DNA of 63,084 nucleotides, filler included, from Octopus bimaculoides (Eukaryota): assembly GCF_001194135.2 (NCBI RefSeq). It is 6 parts of 6 records of this genome, joined end to end, with 100 filler letters (N's around TTAATTAATTAA, not from the genome) between each part and the next. Parts side by side here need not be neighbours in the genome. Positions count along the whole stretch, not along the records: positions 1 to 26,772 come from NC_069001.1; 5 more parts are not named here. One strand, given 5' to 3'. Position numbers and translations under genes: made by a program. Under the pieces are notes generated by a model. The model was not told where the DNA came from. It saw only the letters and a program-made list of their open reading frames with translations, and did not search any database. This document shows, one piece after another, positions 1 through 13,552 of this stretch (the stretch's first letter is position 1; each line of letters begins with the position of its first letter).

Positions 1-378
1 ATCAGATCAGGCCAGATCAGATCAGGCCAGGCCAGATCAGATCAAGCCAGGCCAGATCAGATCAGGCCAGGCCAGATCAGATCAGGCCAGGCCAGATCAG
101 ATCAGGCCAGGCCAGATCAGATCAAGCCAGACCAGATCAGATCAGGCCAGGCCAGATCAGACCAGGCCAGGCCAGACCAGGCCAGGACAGATCAGATCAG
201 GCCAGATCAGATCAGGCCAGGCCAGATCAGATCAAGCCAGGACAGATCAGATCAGGCCAGGCCAGATCAGATCAAGCCAGGCCAGATCAGATCAAGCCAG
301 GACAGATCAGATCAGGCCAGGCCAGATCAGACCAGGCCAGGCCAGATCAGACCAGGCCAGGCCAGACCAGGCCAGCAG
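1..378. repeat. Pentamer-based tandem array (ATCAG/GCCAG/ACCAG variants, ~20-bp higher-order unit)
   Basis: Contiguous 5-mers ATCAG, GCCAG, ACCAG, ATCAA, GACAG; recurring unit gccagatcagatcaggccag; runs off the left edge. Confidence 0.95.
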
Positions 379-981
379 ACATCATCAGTGCGTAAGAGTA
401 AATTATGTATTTGTTGATACCTATAAAGAAGAGTCATGGATCGAGCGGAGTAGATTCAACTGAGGAGACACACAATAAGGTCGAAACACGGCGATATCAC
501 ATAGTCCCCTTACACATGTATATCGCGGGTGCTCTCCGGTGACGAGAAACAACAGCGACCTGACGTCCACAATCGAATTTACCACAAAGTATTAACAATG
601 AATAGATATGTTGTTGTCTGGATTGTCGCTGTTCCGTATGCACCTCGTGGATTATTAACAGTTTCTCTTCTTTTTCTTCTCTTATTATATTTTTTTACGT
701 GAGTTCATAGAATTGCGTTTATCTCTTCAGCACCATTTCTTACTAAAAGTCTTTAATCAGAAGGAAGAAAGTAAAATGAAAAGAACTTTGGAACTTAGAC
801 AATGGAATCGAACAACCGAGTTTCTTTGTGAACGGTTTGATGTGTCTGGATTAATGTATTCGGCTTTTGATGGTTTGCATCGCTGTTTGCATCTGCAGGT
901 CTTGGTTGGTCACAATTACGCACACAAGCACACAAAAAAAGAACATGCATACACACACGCACATGTATATATATGTGTGTT

Positions 982-1014
<33 letters not shown>

Positions 1015-1178
1015 GGGCATATATGAATGTATGTACATATATATGTATATATACACACACATTTACATAAATATATAGATACATAGATACAAATATATAC
1101 ATATGTATGTGTGTATATATATACACAAACATATATATGTATGTATGTACATACATGCATACATACACACTCACACAC

Positions 1179-1251
<73 letters not shown>

Positions 1252-1436
1252 GCTGCGGCAGTTGCTTTTTCGGTGGGAATGCACCAAATGGACTGATTGA
1301 ACGAAACTTGGTTGTTTGTATTGATAAATGATCTGATTGGTTCATTGATTCTCTGACCGGTTCAATGGTTGGTTGATCGTTTGGTTTCTCTTTTAATTAT
1401 TTCCTTTTTCTTTTTTTTTTCTTTTTTTACTTGTCT

Positions 1437-1610
1437 ACTTGTTTCGGTCATTTGTGACCATGATGGAGCAACGCAGCTTTAAAGAGTTTTGTCGAACAAA
1501 TCGACCCCACCCCCAATACGTCTTTTGTTAAATCTGGTACTTATTCTATCGCTTTCTGTTTTGCCGAGCTGCTAAGTCACGAAGACGTAAACAAACCAAC
1601 CACAGTCGTC
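1437..1610 (-). mobile_element. SINE family B, 3' part
   Basis: Reverse complement matches the recurring body ...cttagc..ggcaaaa..gatagaataagtac...ggggtcgattt...ctcca.catgg...aaatgac.gaaacaagta seen at 1835, 3828, 22372, 60866 and 62175. Confidence 0.75.
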
Positions 1611-1834
1611 TTGAAGCAGAGGAATAAACACAAAGTCGGGCAAAGTTGTTCACGAAAGACCAGCAGTCCCCTGTGCGTACCTGTCCCCTGCTCTCCGCGC
1701 CACCAATGTTATCCAAGGGAAAGGCAAAGGGGCCGATACAGCTTGGCGCCAGTGACATTGCAACTCATTTCTACAGCTGAGCGAACTGGATCAACAGGAA
1801 AATAAAGTGTCTTGTTCAAGAACACCACACACAG

Positions 1835-2005
1835 CTATGCTGGTGTGTTTATGTCCCCGCAACTTAGCGAAAGAGACCGGTAGAATAAGTACTAGGCTTA
1901 CAAAGAATAAGTCTTACGGTCGATTTCTTCGACTAAAACCCTTTAAGGCAGTGCTGCAACATGGCCGCAGTCAAATGACTGAAACAAGTAAAAGAATTAA
2001 AGAAT
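1835..2005 (+). mobile_element. SINE family B, 3' part
   Basis: gtgtttatgtccccgcaacttagc...agaataagtactaggcttacaaagaataag...catggccgcagtcaaatgactgaaacaagtaaaaga, a dispersed repeat with several copies in the window. Confidence 0.8.
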
Positions 2006-2534
2006 CTATGACGGATTTCTACGCAGTTTCCGTTTCCGTTTTTATCGAATTCGCTCACAAGGCATTGATCTGTTATAGCTGAGATTATTGTAGACGTCGC
2101 TTGCATAAGATGCCTTGCAATGGGACTGAACCCGAAACTACCTAGTTGGGAGCCGAACTTTTTAAGCCCTACAATATTGCCCTCCCCCAAAACTGCGTTG
2201 GATCTACTCAAATTTTGTTCAGGGCTTTTGTGGGTCTTCCCTCTCCCTCTATCTGTCTATCTCTCGCTCTCGCTCGCTCATTCTCTCTTTCTTTCTCCAT
2301 TTCTCTCTCCTCCCCTTCCAATATCTCCTCCTCTCTCTTTCGTTTTGTCTTTCGCTTTCATCTAATCTTTTTTCTCTTTTTCTCTCCTAGTCTCTGTTTC
2401 TTTCTCTCTCTCTCTCGCTTTGTATTAATTTGTTTCTCTGTTTCTCTTTCTCACACACTCTCTCTCTTTCTCTTTATGTATTTCTATCTCTATCTCTTTG
2501 CATTTCACTGTCTCTCTTCTTTCTCTCTCTTCTT

Positions 2535-2603
<69 letters not shown>

Positions 2604-2872
2604 CTGCCTCTCTCTTTTTGTATCTCTCTCTATCACTATCTCTTTATTGCACTGTCTCTCTTCTCTGTCTCTCCTCTCTCTCTCTCTTTCCTTCTCTTTG
2701 TACCTCTCTCCCTCCTCCTCCTCTTCCTTCTCTTCCTCTTCCTCTTCCTCCTCTTCCTCCTCCTCTCTCCTTTTCATCTCCATCTTCAACTAGAAATATC
2801 TGCTGACTGAGTAAAACTAAATCAAACGGCAACAACAACATCAATAACAACAGCCATTACATCAGCAACAGT

Positions 2873-2904
<32 letters not shown>

Positions 2905-3754
2905 AACACACCAATACAACCACAATAATCAACAACAACAACAACAACAACATCCATAAAGATGGAATTAAGACGGCGGAAAACAACCAGAAACAATTCG
3001 GTCTCGAATGTTCCTTTGTTGTTTGTTTTGCTTGTTGTGGTTGTTGTTGTTGTTGTTGTTGTGGTTGTTGATAATGATGGTGATGATGATGATGGGGTGT
3101 AATGGTGGTGGTGGTGGCGTCGTCGTCGTCTCTTTTAAAAACCAACTCAGGGACATGGCTAATGGAAGGGAGACCAAAAAGTTGAATGAACGAACGAACG
3201 AACGAAAGGAAGGAAGGAAGGACAGAATGAACGAACGAACGAAAGGAAGGAAGGAAGGACGGAAGGAACGAAAGGAAGGAAGGAAGGAAGAAAAAGAAGA
3301 AAGAAAGAAATAAAAAGAAAGACGGAAGAGAGGAAAGAAGAAGCAAATAGAAAGAAAGAAAGAAAGGAAGGAAGAAAGAAAGAAAGGAAGAAAGAAAGAA
3401 AGAGAAAGAAAAAGAAAGAAAGAAAAAGAAAGAAAGAAAGAATGGCAGAAAGAAAGGAAAGAAAGGATAGAAAGAAAAAAGAGACATGAAACGGTGATCG
3501 TCTGCTTATCTTCCATTTTCGGCCTGAGTCGAAATGGGTTCATAATTATCGATGTATCTCATTGATGTTGATTTTAAAAGCCGTTTCCCTCTGTATCTGT
3601 GTGGACGGGTGGGGGTGCGTTTGCGCGCGCGCACGTATGTGAGAGAGAGGGACTGAAAGAAAGAGAGAGTGTTTGTGTAGTGTGTGTGTGTGTGTTTGTT
3701 TGTGTGTATGTGTGTATGCATGTATGTATGCATTGTTTGTACAGATATAAATAT

Positions 3755-3801
<47 letters not shown>

Positions 3802-3827
3802 TAGATAGATAGATAGATAGATAGATA

Positions 3828-4000
3828 TTGAACAACCGGTGTTGGTTTGTTCACATAGGCGTGACTTAGCGGTTCAGCTAAAAGGCCAACAGAATAGTTA
3901 CAGGCTTAAGAAAATTTTAAGTACTGAGGTCTATTCATTCAACTAAACCCTTCGGGGCAAGATACCAACATTTCAACGACTGAAACAAGTAAAAGATATA
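3828..4000 (+). mobile_element. SINE family B, diverged 3' part
   Basis: Similar to 1835-2005; ends cgactgaaacaagtaaaagata. Confidence 0.7.
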
Positions 4001-4195
4001 TAGGTTGTCGGATAAATTCGTTCGTTTCTTTTCTCATTTATTTTGATCTTCATTTTTTTCCATAATAACAAATCAGTCAATAATATATAGTTTTCTTCTG
4101 GTGGTGAATTTGCCCTTAAAGAGGAAAGGTTCTCTTTCCGGTTAGACAAAGCTGAACAACCCGCTTATACAGTTTTATTAATGATTTATTATTGA

Positions 4196-4321
4196 AGGCG
4201 GTGAGCTTAGCGGCATTTCGTCCGTCTTTATGTTCTGAGTTCAAATTCCGCCGAGGTCGACTTTGACCTTCATCCTTCTGGGGTCGATAAAATAAGTACC
4301 AATTGAGCATTGGAGTCGATG

Positions 4322-4325
<4 letters not shown>
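4196..4325 (+). mobile_element. SINE family A (internally deleted copy)
   Basis: Head aaggcggtgagct, B-box gagttcaaattcc, body gaggtcgactttg..ttcatcct..ggggtcgataaaataagtacc; compare the full copy at 52653. Confidence 0.8.
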
Positions 4326-4354
<29 letters not shown>

Positions 4355-4476
4355 GTGGCTCATCTCTTCAAATGTTCAGATATATATGTGTGTAGTATTG
4401 GGATGTTCTAGCTTTACGTATAGATACATATATATATATATATGTAATATATGTGAAAACTATTCGGTTGCCATAT

Positions 4477-4535
4477 TAAAACTCCGAGTTTCGGATGCCG
4501 GGCAGAAACCTGCACCGGCATCTCTTCAGTTATCG
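4477..4535 (-). ncRNA. Degenerate type I hammerhead ribozyme
   Basis: Minus strand: CUGAAGA core (4529-4523), 8+4-bp stem II gaugccgg/ccggcauc, GAAA, near-palindromic stem III acucggagu. Defects: an extra unpaired C before GAAA, a GUU cleavage triplet and only a 3-bp stem I. Confidence 0.5.
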
Positions 4536-4557
4536 AGGCAATCAAAATATTTTGAAA

Positions 4558-4593
<36 letters not shown>

Positions 4594-6117
4594 CATACGC
4601 GTATTTACGTATGCTTTTATATTTACGAGTGTGACTGCGGTTGTCCCCCACCGCTTGATAACCGACGCTAGTTTGTTTACGTTCCCGTAGCTTAACAGTT
4701 TGGCACAAGAGATCGATAGAATAATACCGTTTCGCATGGAGTGCGAGAAGAAATTTGATTTCTACAGAAGTTTTAAATTTTGCATGAAACTTGAAATCCG
4801 ATGGCGTTATGAGATCCGGGAACCCATCAGTCAGTTTGGGTTTTGGCCCTTTCCCTGCTTATAACGTGCTGCAGTTATTAATCTTCAAACACAACCTGAG
4901 CCATTGTTATCTTTATGAACAAACTGCCCTCAGTAAATATGGAAAGCAGGTAAAAATACATGAAATGCTTCTTCCGAAAATTGCTTCAACAGCAAAAGAT
5001 GGTGGTGGTGGTGGTGGTGGTGGGGATGATATACTTACTATTAACAATGGAGTAGAAATTTGATGTAATAAGAACGCCATCTATACTCGCGGCGATTGCA
5101 TTTCGTAAATTAGCAAAGACCTTGACATGCGTGAACCAACTGTACGAAATATAACAAAACCCGTGTTACTGAAAGAAAAGGTAAAGAATAAATTAACATA
5201 CAGCTTTTTGTGGTTTGCAAACGGCAACGAGAAACGAGAAAACATTGCGTTCATACAAACGGAATGTCTTCTTGATGTATGGATCGAGTAGCGCAATGAA
5301 AAACGCATTCCTTTATCCAAAGCTACGATGTAAAGCGAAAGCTTTGTATATATTTACAACCGTGAAAAATTATGGGTGTTCAAGCCAGCATTTAAGGGAC
5401 ATTTGATGGAAGTGCTGACTACTACATATCGTGTGTACTTGCCGATAATCGCTTTAACTTTTCGTCTATTAGCGTTCGATACGCATGGGTAGTAAATAGC
5501 CATGCTTTACTCGCGTTAATTATAAATGTACTTTTGGTGGATCCAGAGTATAAACCCGAGAACGTCACACTGCATGTTGTATAGTTTCTAATCTCGTCAC
5601 TCTACTGCCCTATTCGGTGTGTATTTATTTAATTATCCATAAGAACGTTTCGCTCCTTAATAATTTCACGTTCTCAGAAAACACAGATTTTTAATTGTTA
5701 CAATATCGAGAAATACGCGCTCCTGGCCTTTCTAGGTAAACACTTTCACCGTTTGTTTGTTTGTTGGTTTGTTGTTGGTTTGTTGTTTTTTGACCGAGGA
5801 AAATACCGTCAAAATACTTTCATTTCCATGGGGATTAGGGGCCGAGAAATATTTACTGCTCATGTTCAATGGGTTGGAACAGATTACCATATTTTATGTG
5901 ATGTAATATGTATAAGCAGATTGTACGAAATCAGTTGCCACGAGGCTTTTATAGGTTTGGCAATATACATACGTACATACATGCATGCATACATACATAC
6001 ATACATACATACATACATAGATACATACATTCATATATACATACATGAATGCATGCATACATACGTACATATATACTTACATATATGCATGCATATATAC
6101 TTATATGCATACATACA

Positions 6118-6182
<65 letters not shown>

Positions 6183-6331
6183 GCATGCATACAAACATAT
6201 ACGTACATACTTACATACACAAACAGACATGCAAATATAAATGCATGCAACCATATTTACGTGCCTGGACATACAAACGCACACACAAGCACAAACATAT
6301 AGACAGATAGACAGACAGACAGACAGACAGC

Positions 6332-6403
<72 letters not shown>

Positions 6404-6643
6404 CAGACGGACAGGCAGACAGACGGACAGATAACTGGTACAGGTGTATGTCTGATGCAATAAGAAAGTTATGCCCGAAATCAAGCTGACAATTATACAC
6501 ACATACATACACACATACATACACACATACAAGCAAACAAACCAAAGTACCCTGTTGTTGATGTTGAAATTCCAATGAGGGATCCAGGTTAGAATCCGGT
6601 TCTTTCTCTATTGGCAAGAAATCTTGAAATAAGCTGAATAATG

Positions 6644-6733
<90 letters not shown>

Positions 6734-6919
6734 ATGTGTATGTGTGTGTGTAGGAAAGTATGGATACGTGTACAAGTGTAGCTCTGTCACTGTAGAGATC
6801 TGTCTGTCTGTCCACGCCATTTCGATTGAGATTGTTTAATTTGCTTTTTATCATTCGGTGGTACCTTACATTCCTGAAAGCCATATTCAATGTTTCCTGG
6901 ATTTCTTCTTCTCCTTCAC

Positions 6920-6988
<69 letters not shown>

Positions 6989-8404
6989 CTTCTTCTTCTT
7001 CTTCTTCTTCTTCTTCTTCTTCTTCTTCTTTTTCTTCTTCTTCTTATTCTTCTTCTTCTTCTTCTTCTTCTTCTTCTTCTTCTTCTTCTTCTTCTTCTTC
7101 CCCTCTTCTTCTTCNNNNNNNNNNNNNNNNNNNNNNNNNNNNNNNNNNNNNNNNNNNNNNNNNNNNNNNNNNNNNNNNNNNNNNNNNNNNNNNNNNNNNN
7201 NNNNNNNNNNNNNNNNNNNNNNNNNNNNNNNNNNNNNNNNNNNNNNNNNNNNNNNNNNNNNNNNNNNNNNNNNNNNNNNNNNNNNNNNNNNNNNNNNNNN
7301 NNNNNNNNNNNNNNNNNNNNNNNNNNNNNNNNNNNNNNNNNNNNNNNNNNNNNNNNNNNNNNNNNNNNNNNNNNNNNNNNNNNNNNNNNNNNNNNNNNNN
7401 NNNNNNNNNNNNNNNNNNNNNNNNNNNNNNNNNNNNNNNNNNNNNNNNNNNNNNNNNNNNNNNNNNNNNNNNNNNNNNNNNNNNNNNNNNNNNNNNNNNN
7501 NNNNNNNNNNNNNNNNNNNNNNNNNNNNNNNNNNNNNNNNNNNNNNNNNNNNNNNNNNNNNNNNNNNNNNNNNNNNNNNNNNNNNNNNNNNNNNNNNNNN
7601 NNNNNNNNNNNNNNNNNNNNNNNNNNNNNNNNNNNNNNNNNNNNNNNNNNNNNNNNNNNNNNNNNNNNNNNNNNNNNNNNNNNNNNNNNNNNNNNNNNNN
7701 NNNNNNNNNNNNNNNNNNNNNNNNNNNNNNNNNNNNNNNNNNNNNNNNNNNNNNNNNNNNNNNNNNNNNNNNNNNNNNNNNNNNNNNNNNNNNNNNNNNN
7801 NNNNNNNNNNNNNNNNNNNNNNNNNNNNNNNNNNNNNNNNNNNNNNNNNNNNNNNNNNNNNNNNNNNNNNNNNNNNNNNNNNNNNNNNNNNNNNNNNNNN
7901 NNNNNNNNNNNNNNNNNNNNNNNNNNNNNNNNNNNNNNNNNNNNNNNNNNNNNNNNNNNNNNNNNNNNNNNNNNNNNNNNNNNNNNNNNNNNNNNNNNNN
8001 NNNNNNNNNNNNNNNNNNNNNNNNNNNNNNNNNNNNNNNNNNNNNNNNNNNNNNNNNNNNNNNNNNNNNNNNNNNNNNNNNNNNNNNNNNNNNNNNNNTA
8101 TATATATATATATATATTGATATATACGTATACGTATACCTATTCATATTGGTAAAACAGCACAAATGGAAGGCGGAGAGTACGAGACGAACAGTTGTAC
8201 AACGTGACAAATAGTCAAAAGGTAGTGGACAAAATATAACCAGAAACAAAACGAAACAAAACAACACATGAACTCTTGCCCAGTGAATTGTACGCCGAAA
8301 AAAAACGAAAGAAAAGAAAATGACTGACGTTTCGGGAATGAATCCTTTATCAAAATATATGTTTTTTTCAAAAAGGAACAAGGAAAAAAAAAACGATATC
8401 TGTT

Positions 8405-8590
8405 TGAAGTACGCCTGTAACTGTCGGTTACATGCTGTATTCTGTCTACCAAATACACTCACATGGCTCTGGTTTGCTCGCCGCTATACAGTAGAAGACA
8501 CGTGGATACGCTGTCACGCCGTGAGACTGAACCCGGAACCACAATGTTGAGCAACAAATTCCTTAACCAGACAGCCACGCCAGCGCCTAT
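8405..8590 (-). mobile_element. SINE family B, tRNA-like head and 5' body
   Basis: Reverse complement ggcgctggcgtggctgtctggttaagg (A-box-like) ... gttccgggttcagtctc (B-box-like) ... gtgtcttctact...gtgagtgtatttggtagacag. Confidence 0.75.
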
Positions 8591-8715
8591 ATGTCTATAC
8601 GTATATAAATATGTGTGTAAAACATATATGTATGTATGTACGTATGTATGTAGATATATATACATATATACATATGTATGTATATGTATATACATGTGTA
8701 TATATGTGTGTGTGT

Positions 8716-8747
<32 letters not shown>

Positions 8748-9170
8748 AGAGATATATATCAATCTATTCTTATAAACATACATTCACACACGCACACAGA
8801 CACACACATACATACACACGAATAGGTATAAAAAAAAACCCACACACGCACATGTGCGTCCATACAAACATACAGTTACACGAAGCCAACTGTATAGTTT
8901 TTAATGGCTGCCCAGCCATCCAGCACGTTGGTTTCCGGTTTGGTTAAAAGGACGTCTCTAGCGATAACTCCGTCTCTATTGTAACGTCCTCAGTCAACCG
9001 TGATCACATGATATGGTGCAGTATGTCAGTGATGGCACGATGTGGGGCTCTGTGTCACTGATCACATGGTGTAGCGCTGTACGTTAGTAACTAAGTCCTT
9101 TCTTTTTTTTTATTCATACATTCTTTTCTGTTGTCATAGACATACATTACATACATACCTGAACGTCTGT

Positions 9171-9219
<49 letters not shown>

Positions 9220-9920
9220 GTGGCGGAGTGGCCAGCTTGCCCGATGGCAAGTGGGCTCCTGCGTCATTAGAATCCATATATGGGGGCCCATGTTAGTATC
9301 TAAGGGGCCCACCCCTTCAAGTTTGAAAATTTTTAATTCACTTCTGGAAGAGGAGATCCAGAGATTCTTAGTTTAGAAGACAGTAGCGCTCAAATGATTG
9401 AAACCGAAAGTTCCTCTCTTAGCTTTTTCTCGTTTTCCTCTGGAGAAAGATGAGTTGTGAACATTATTCTCCTGCCTATATTCTTCTAACTACTTTTACT
9501 CTCTATTCTTCTATTTACTCCTTTGTGCTTCTATTTTATGTGTATGCGCACGCGCGTGTGTGTGGTCGGTGATGAATACCTCTCTGCCAGTTGCCAGAAT
9601 AAGCCTTATTGGTCCCAGATAGAAACCCTTAAATAAGCAATCTTCTGGGGTTTTTTTTATCATTCTTTTAGTCGTCGTTAAGCCATTGTCAAACTTGACG
9701 GACGAGCCATACGTAGATTTATATGCATGTATATATAAGNNNNNNNNNNNNNNNNNNNNNNNNNNNNNNNNNNNNNNNNNNNNNNNNNNNNNNNNNNNNN
9801 NNNNNNNNNNNNNNNNNNNNNNNNNNNNNNNNNNNNNNNNNNNNNNNNNNNNNNNNNNNNNNNNNNNNNNNNNNNNNNNNNNNNNNNNNNNNNNNNNNNN
9901 NNNNNNNNNNNNNNNNNNNN

Positions 9921-10160
9921 TACTCTTTCACCACAACTTTCTCTCACTCTTTCTTCCTGTTTCTGTTGTACCTGTAATTCAAAGGGGCCAGCCTTGTCAC
10001 ACTCTGTGTCACGCTGAATATCCCGCGAGAACTACGGTAAGGGTACACGTGTCCGTGGAGTGCTCAGCCACTTGCACGTTGATCTCACGAGCAGACTGTT
10101 CCGTTGATCGGATCAACTGGAACCCTCGACGTCGTAAGCGACGGAGTGCCAACAAACAAA
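9921..10160 (+). mobile_element. SINE tail T1 (5' end lost in gap)
   Basis: Closely matches 44560-44797 (accacaactttctctcactc...gagaactacg.taagggtacacgtgtc...ggatcaactggaaccct...cggagtgccaacaa). Confidence 0.85.
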
Positions 10161-10550
10161 CAATATACAAGAAACCCAAACACACTGGGGGGGGGGGGGA
10201 GCTCCAGCATGGTCCCGGCCTCTGGGTGAAACCAGTAAAAGATAAAATGTAAAAGCTGTATATGTGTGTATGTATGTGCTTATGCATGTGTATGTATGTG
10301 TGCGTGTACGTATGCAGAAATGTATGTATGTGTGTATGTATATATACAATGTAACATATGTGTCTTTATAAGCATGTGTATACGTATGTTTCCTTGTGTG
10401 TATGGTTGTATGTGTGCAAAGTGTGTACGCATGTATGCATTTAATGTATACAATATAATGTGTAAATGTGTGCGTGTGTGTATGCTTTCACGTTTGTGTA
10501 CATGTATGTATGTATGTACGCATGTATGTATGCATGCATGCTTGAATGTG

Positions 10551-10596
<46 letters not shown>

Positions 10597-10739
10597 GGTA
10601 TACGTATATGCATGTATGCATGTATTGCCGTCTAGATATATCTATGTTCACCTGAACATCTAGATGTGTGTGTGAGAAAGTGAGAAAGAGAGAGAGTATG
10701 TGTGTGTGTGAGTGTGTGTGTTTGTGTGTGTATGAGTGT

Positions 10740-10771
<32 letters not shown>

Positions 10772-11473
10772 CCCATCTATAATTTTTCAATACTTTCCTC
10801 TTATAATCTGTTTCAGCTTACACGCAGGATAGCTAACCACACACACACACACGCTCAAGAAATAGATTATGTATATATGTCTGTCTGCGTGTCCATAGAG
10901 ATCTTCTCTCTTTGTCTCTCTCTCTCTCTGTCTCTCTCGCTCTGTCTTTGTCTCTCTTTCTCTCTCTCTCTCTCTTTGTCTCTCTTTCTCTCTCTGTTAC
11001 TTTTTTAATCTCTCTCTCTTTCTCTTTCTTTCTCCATGTGTATTACTTTATATCATGCTCTCTATCTATCTACCTGCNNNNNNNNNNNNNNNNNNNNNNN
11101 NNNNNNNNNNNNNNNNNNNNNNNNNNNNNNNNNNNNNNNNNNNNNNNNNNNNNNNNNNNNNNNNNNNNNNNNNNNNNNNNNNNNNNNNNNNNNNNNNNNN
11201 NNNNNNNNNNNNNNNNNNNNNNNNNNNNNNNNNNNNNNNNNNNNNNNNNNNNNNNNNNNNNNNNNNNNNNNNNNNNNNNNNNNNNNNNNNNNNNNNNNNN
11301 NNNNNNNNNNNNNNNNNNNNNNNNNNNNNNNNNNNNNNNNNNNNNNNNNNNNNNNNNNNNNNNNNNNNNNNNNNNNNNNNNNNNNNNNNNNNNNNNNNNN
11401 NNNNNNNNNNNNNNNNNNNNNNNNNNNNNNNNNNNNNNNNNNNNNNNNNCCTACTTATATTGTCAACCCCTTT

Positions 11474-11514
<41 letters not shown>

Positions 11515-11613
11515 ACGTGCGCATACACGCGCAAATACACTCATACATGCGTCCACATGCACACATGCGCGTATACACACATGCAAAGCACAATCACGTG
11601 CAGCAAACACAAG

Positions 11614-11646
<33 letters not shown>

Positions 11647-12092
11647 TACACATACATACACACACATCCATACATTCATGCATACACACACACATACATA
11701 CAATCATACATACCTACATGCATACGTATGTACAACCATACGCTGTACATGCATAAGACGATACCAATACACACACACACGCGCGCACACACGCACACAC
11801 CCATAAACACAGACAGAGATTTACAAATACCGAATGCAGTCACAGAGGTTGTCTCGTGTGTCCAGTTACGTGCACACACATGGCCATATTCATGCAATGT
11901 ATTAGCGTTATACATTACCATGTATTATTATATCGTGTGTGTGTTCAGCTGTGTGTTTGAGCGAGTGTGTATATGCTGTGTGTATATGTTGTGTGTGTGT
12001 GTGTATTGTATGTGTGTATGTATGTGGGTGTGTACTCACATATATAGAGAAGGGAAGAAAGAGAAAAGGGAGGATGCATACATTCTCACACT

Positions 12093-12135
<43 letters not shown>

Positions 12136-13281
12136 NNNNNNNNNNNNNNNNNNNNNNNNNNNNNNNNNNNNNNNNNNNNNNNNNNNNNNNNNNNNNNNNN
12201 NNNNNNNNNNNNNNNNNNNNNNNNNNNNNNNNNNNNNNNNNNNNNNNNNNNNNNNNNNNNNNNNNNNNNNNNNNNNNNNNNNNNNNNNNNNNNNNNNNNN
12301 NNNNNNNNNNNNNNNNNNNNNNNNNNNNNNNNNNNNNNNNNNNNNNNNNNNNNNNNNNNNNNNNNNNNNNNNNNNNNNNNNNNNNNNNNNNNNNNNNNNN
12401 NNNNNNNNNNNNNNNNNNNNNNNNNNNNNNNNNNNNNNNNNNNNNNNNNNNNNNNNNNNNNNNNNNNNNNNNNNNNNNNNNNNNNNNNNNNNNNNNNNNN
12501 NNNNNNNNNNNNNNNNNNNNNNNNNNNNNNNNNNNNNNNNNNNNNNNNNNNNNNNNNNNNNNNNNNNNNNNNNNNNNNNNNNNNNNNNNNNNNNNNNNNN
12601 NNNNNNNNNNNNNNNNNNNNNNNNNNNNNNNNNNNNNNNNNNNNNNNNNNNNNNNNNNNNNNNNNNNNNNNNNNNNNNNNNNNNNNNNNNNNNNNNNNNN
12701 NNNNNNNNNNNNNNNNNNNNNNNNNNNNNNNNNNNNNNNNNNNNNNNNNNNNNNNNNNNNNNNNNNNNNNNNNNNNNNNNNNNNNNNNNNNNNNNNNNNN
12801 NNNNNNNGGGACAACATTCGACAAGTGTTCACGTGCAAAATAGGTGGACCTCCGAGACGACGACGACCGACGAACCGTGTGCACGCGGTCACTGCCCATC
12901 GTTTGCCTTACCAAGGGAGACCGTCAAAGCACGTGGTCTCTTCGCGGCTCCGAGTATGCAACCGTACACACACACAGACAGACTTGCATACAGCGGAATA
13001 CGCTGCGCATGCACACATATACAAATACATACATTCACACATGATTAATATATGGATGGATGTATATCTTTGTATATGCATACTTGCAATGTGTGTATGT
13101 GTGTGTGTGCATATGGTGTGTTGCACATTTAATGCTATGGGTTTACAGTTAAACATGTACACGTGCTTTGCACTCATATGTGTGTATATCTGCATGTGCT
13201 TGAGTGAGTGTGTGTGTATGTGAGCGCGTATGTGCCTGTGTTGTATATGTGTGTGTATATAGATAATATATTATATATATA

Positions 13282-13312
<31 letters not shown>

Positions 13313-13394
13313 GTATATATATGTATATATGTTTTTATATATATGAGCGTGTATATATATGTATGTATGTACGCAAGTGTATAGGTGTGTCGTA

Positions 13395-13552
13395 AGGTAG
13401 GTTGGTAGCAGTTCGGCATAAGCGATCGATGTAATAAGTATAGAGCTTAAAATTAGTAAGTACTGGGATAAATTCATTCAACTAAAACCTTTCAGGGCGG
13501 TGCCCCAGCATGGCCGCAGTTCAATTACTGATGGAAGGGAAATGTAAAAGAT
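13395..13552 (+). mobile_element. SINE family B, 3' part
   Basis: ...cagttcggcataag.gatcgat..aataagta...ggcggtgccccagcatggccgcagtt...aaatgtaaaagata. Confidence 0.7.

Noticed and set aside
465-500. CUGAGGA-gac..guc-GAAAC hammerhead-like motif
   Set aside because: No U16.1 or NUH site and no stem I complementarity.
4760-4830. FKFCMKLEI, resembling a mariner N-terminus
   Set aside because: Nine residues only, with no TIR or continuation.
9218-9330. cagtggcgg...gggggccc, resembling a hAT/MITE terminus
   Set aside because: No matching opposite TIR or TSD found.
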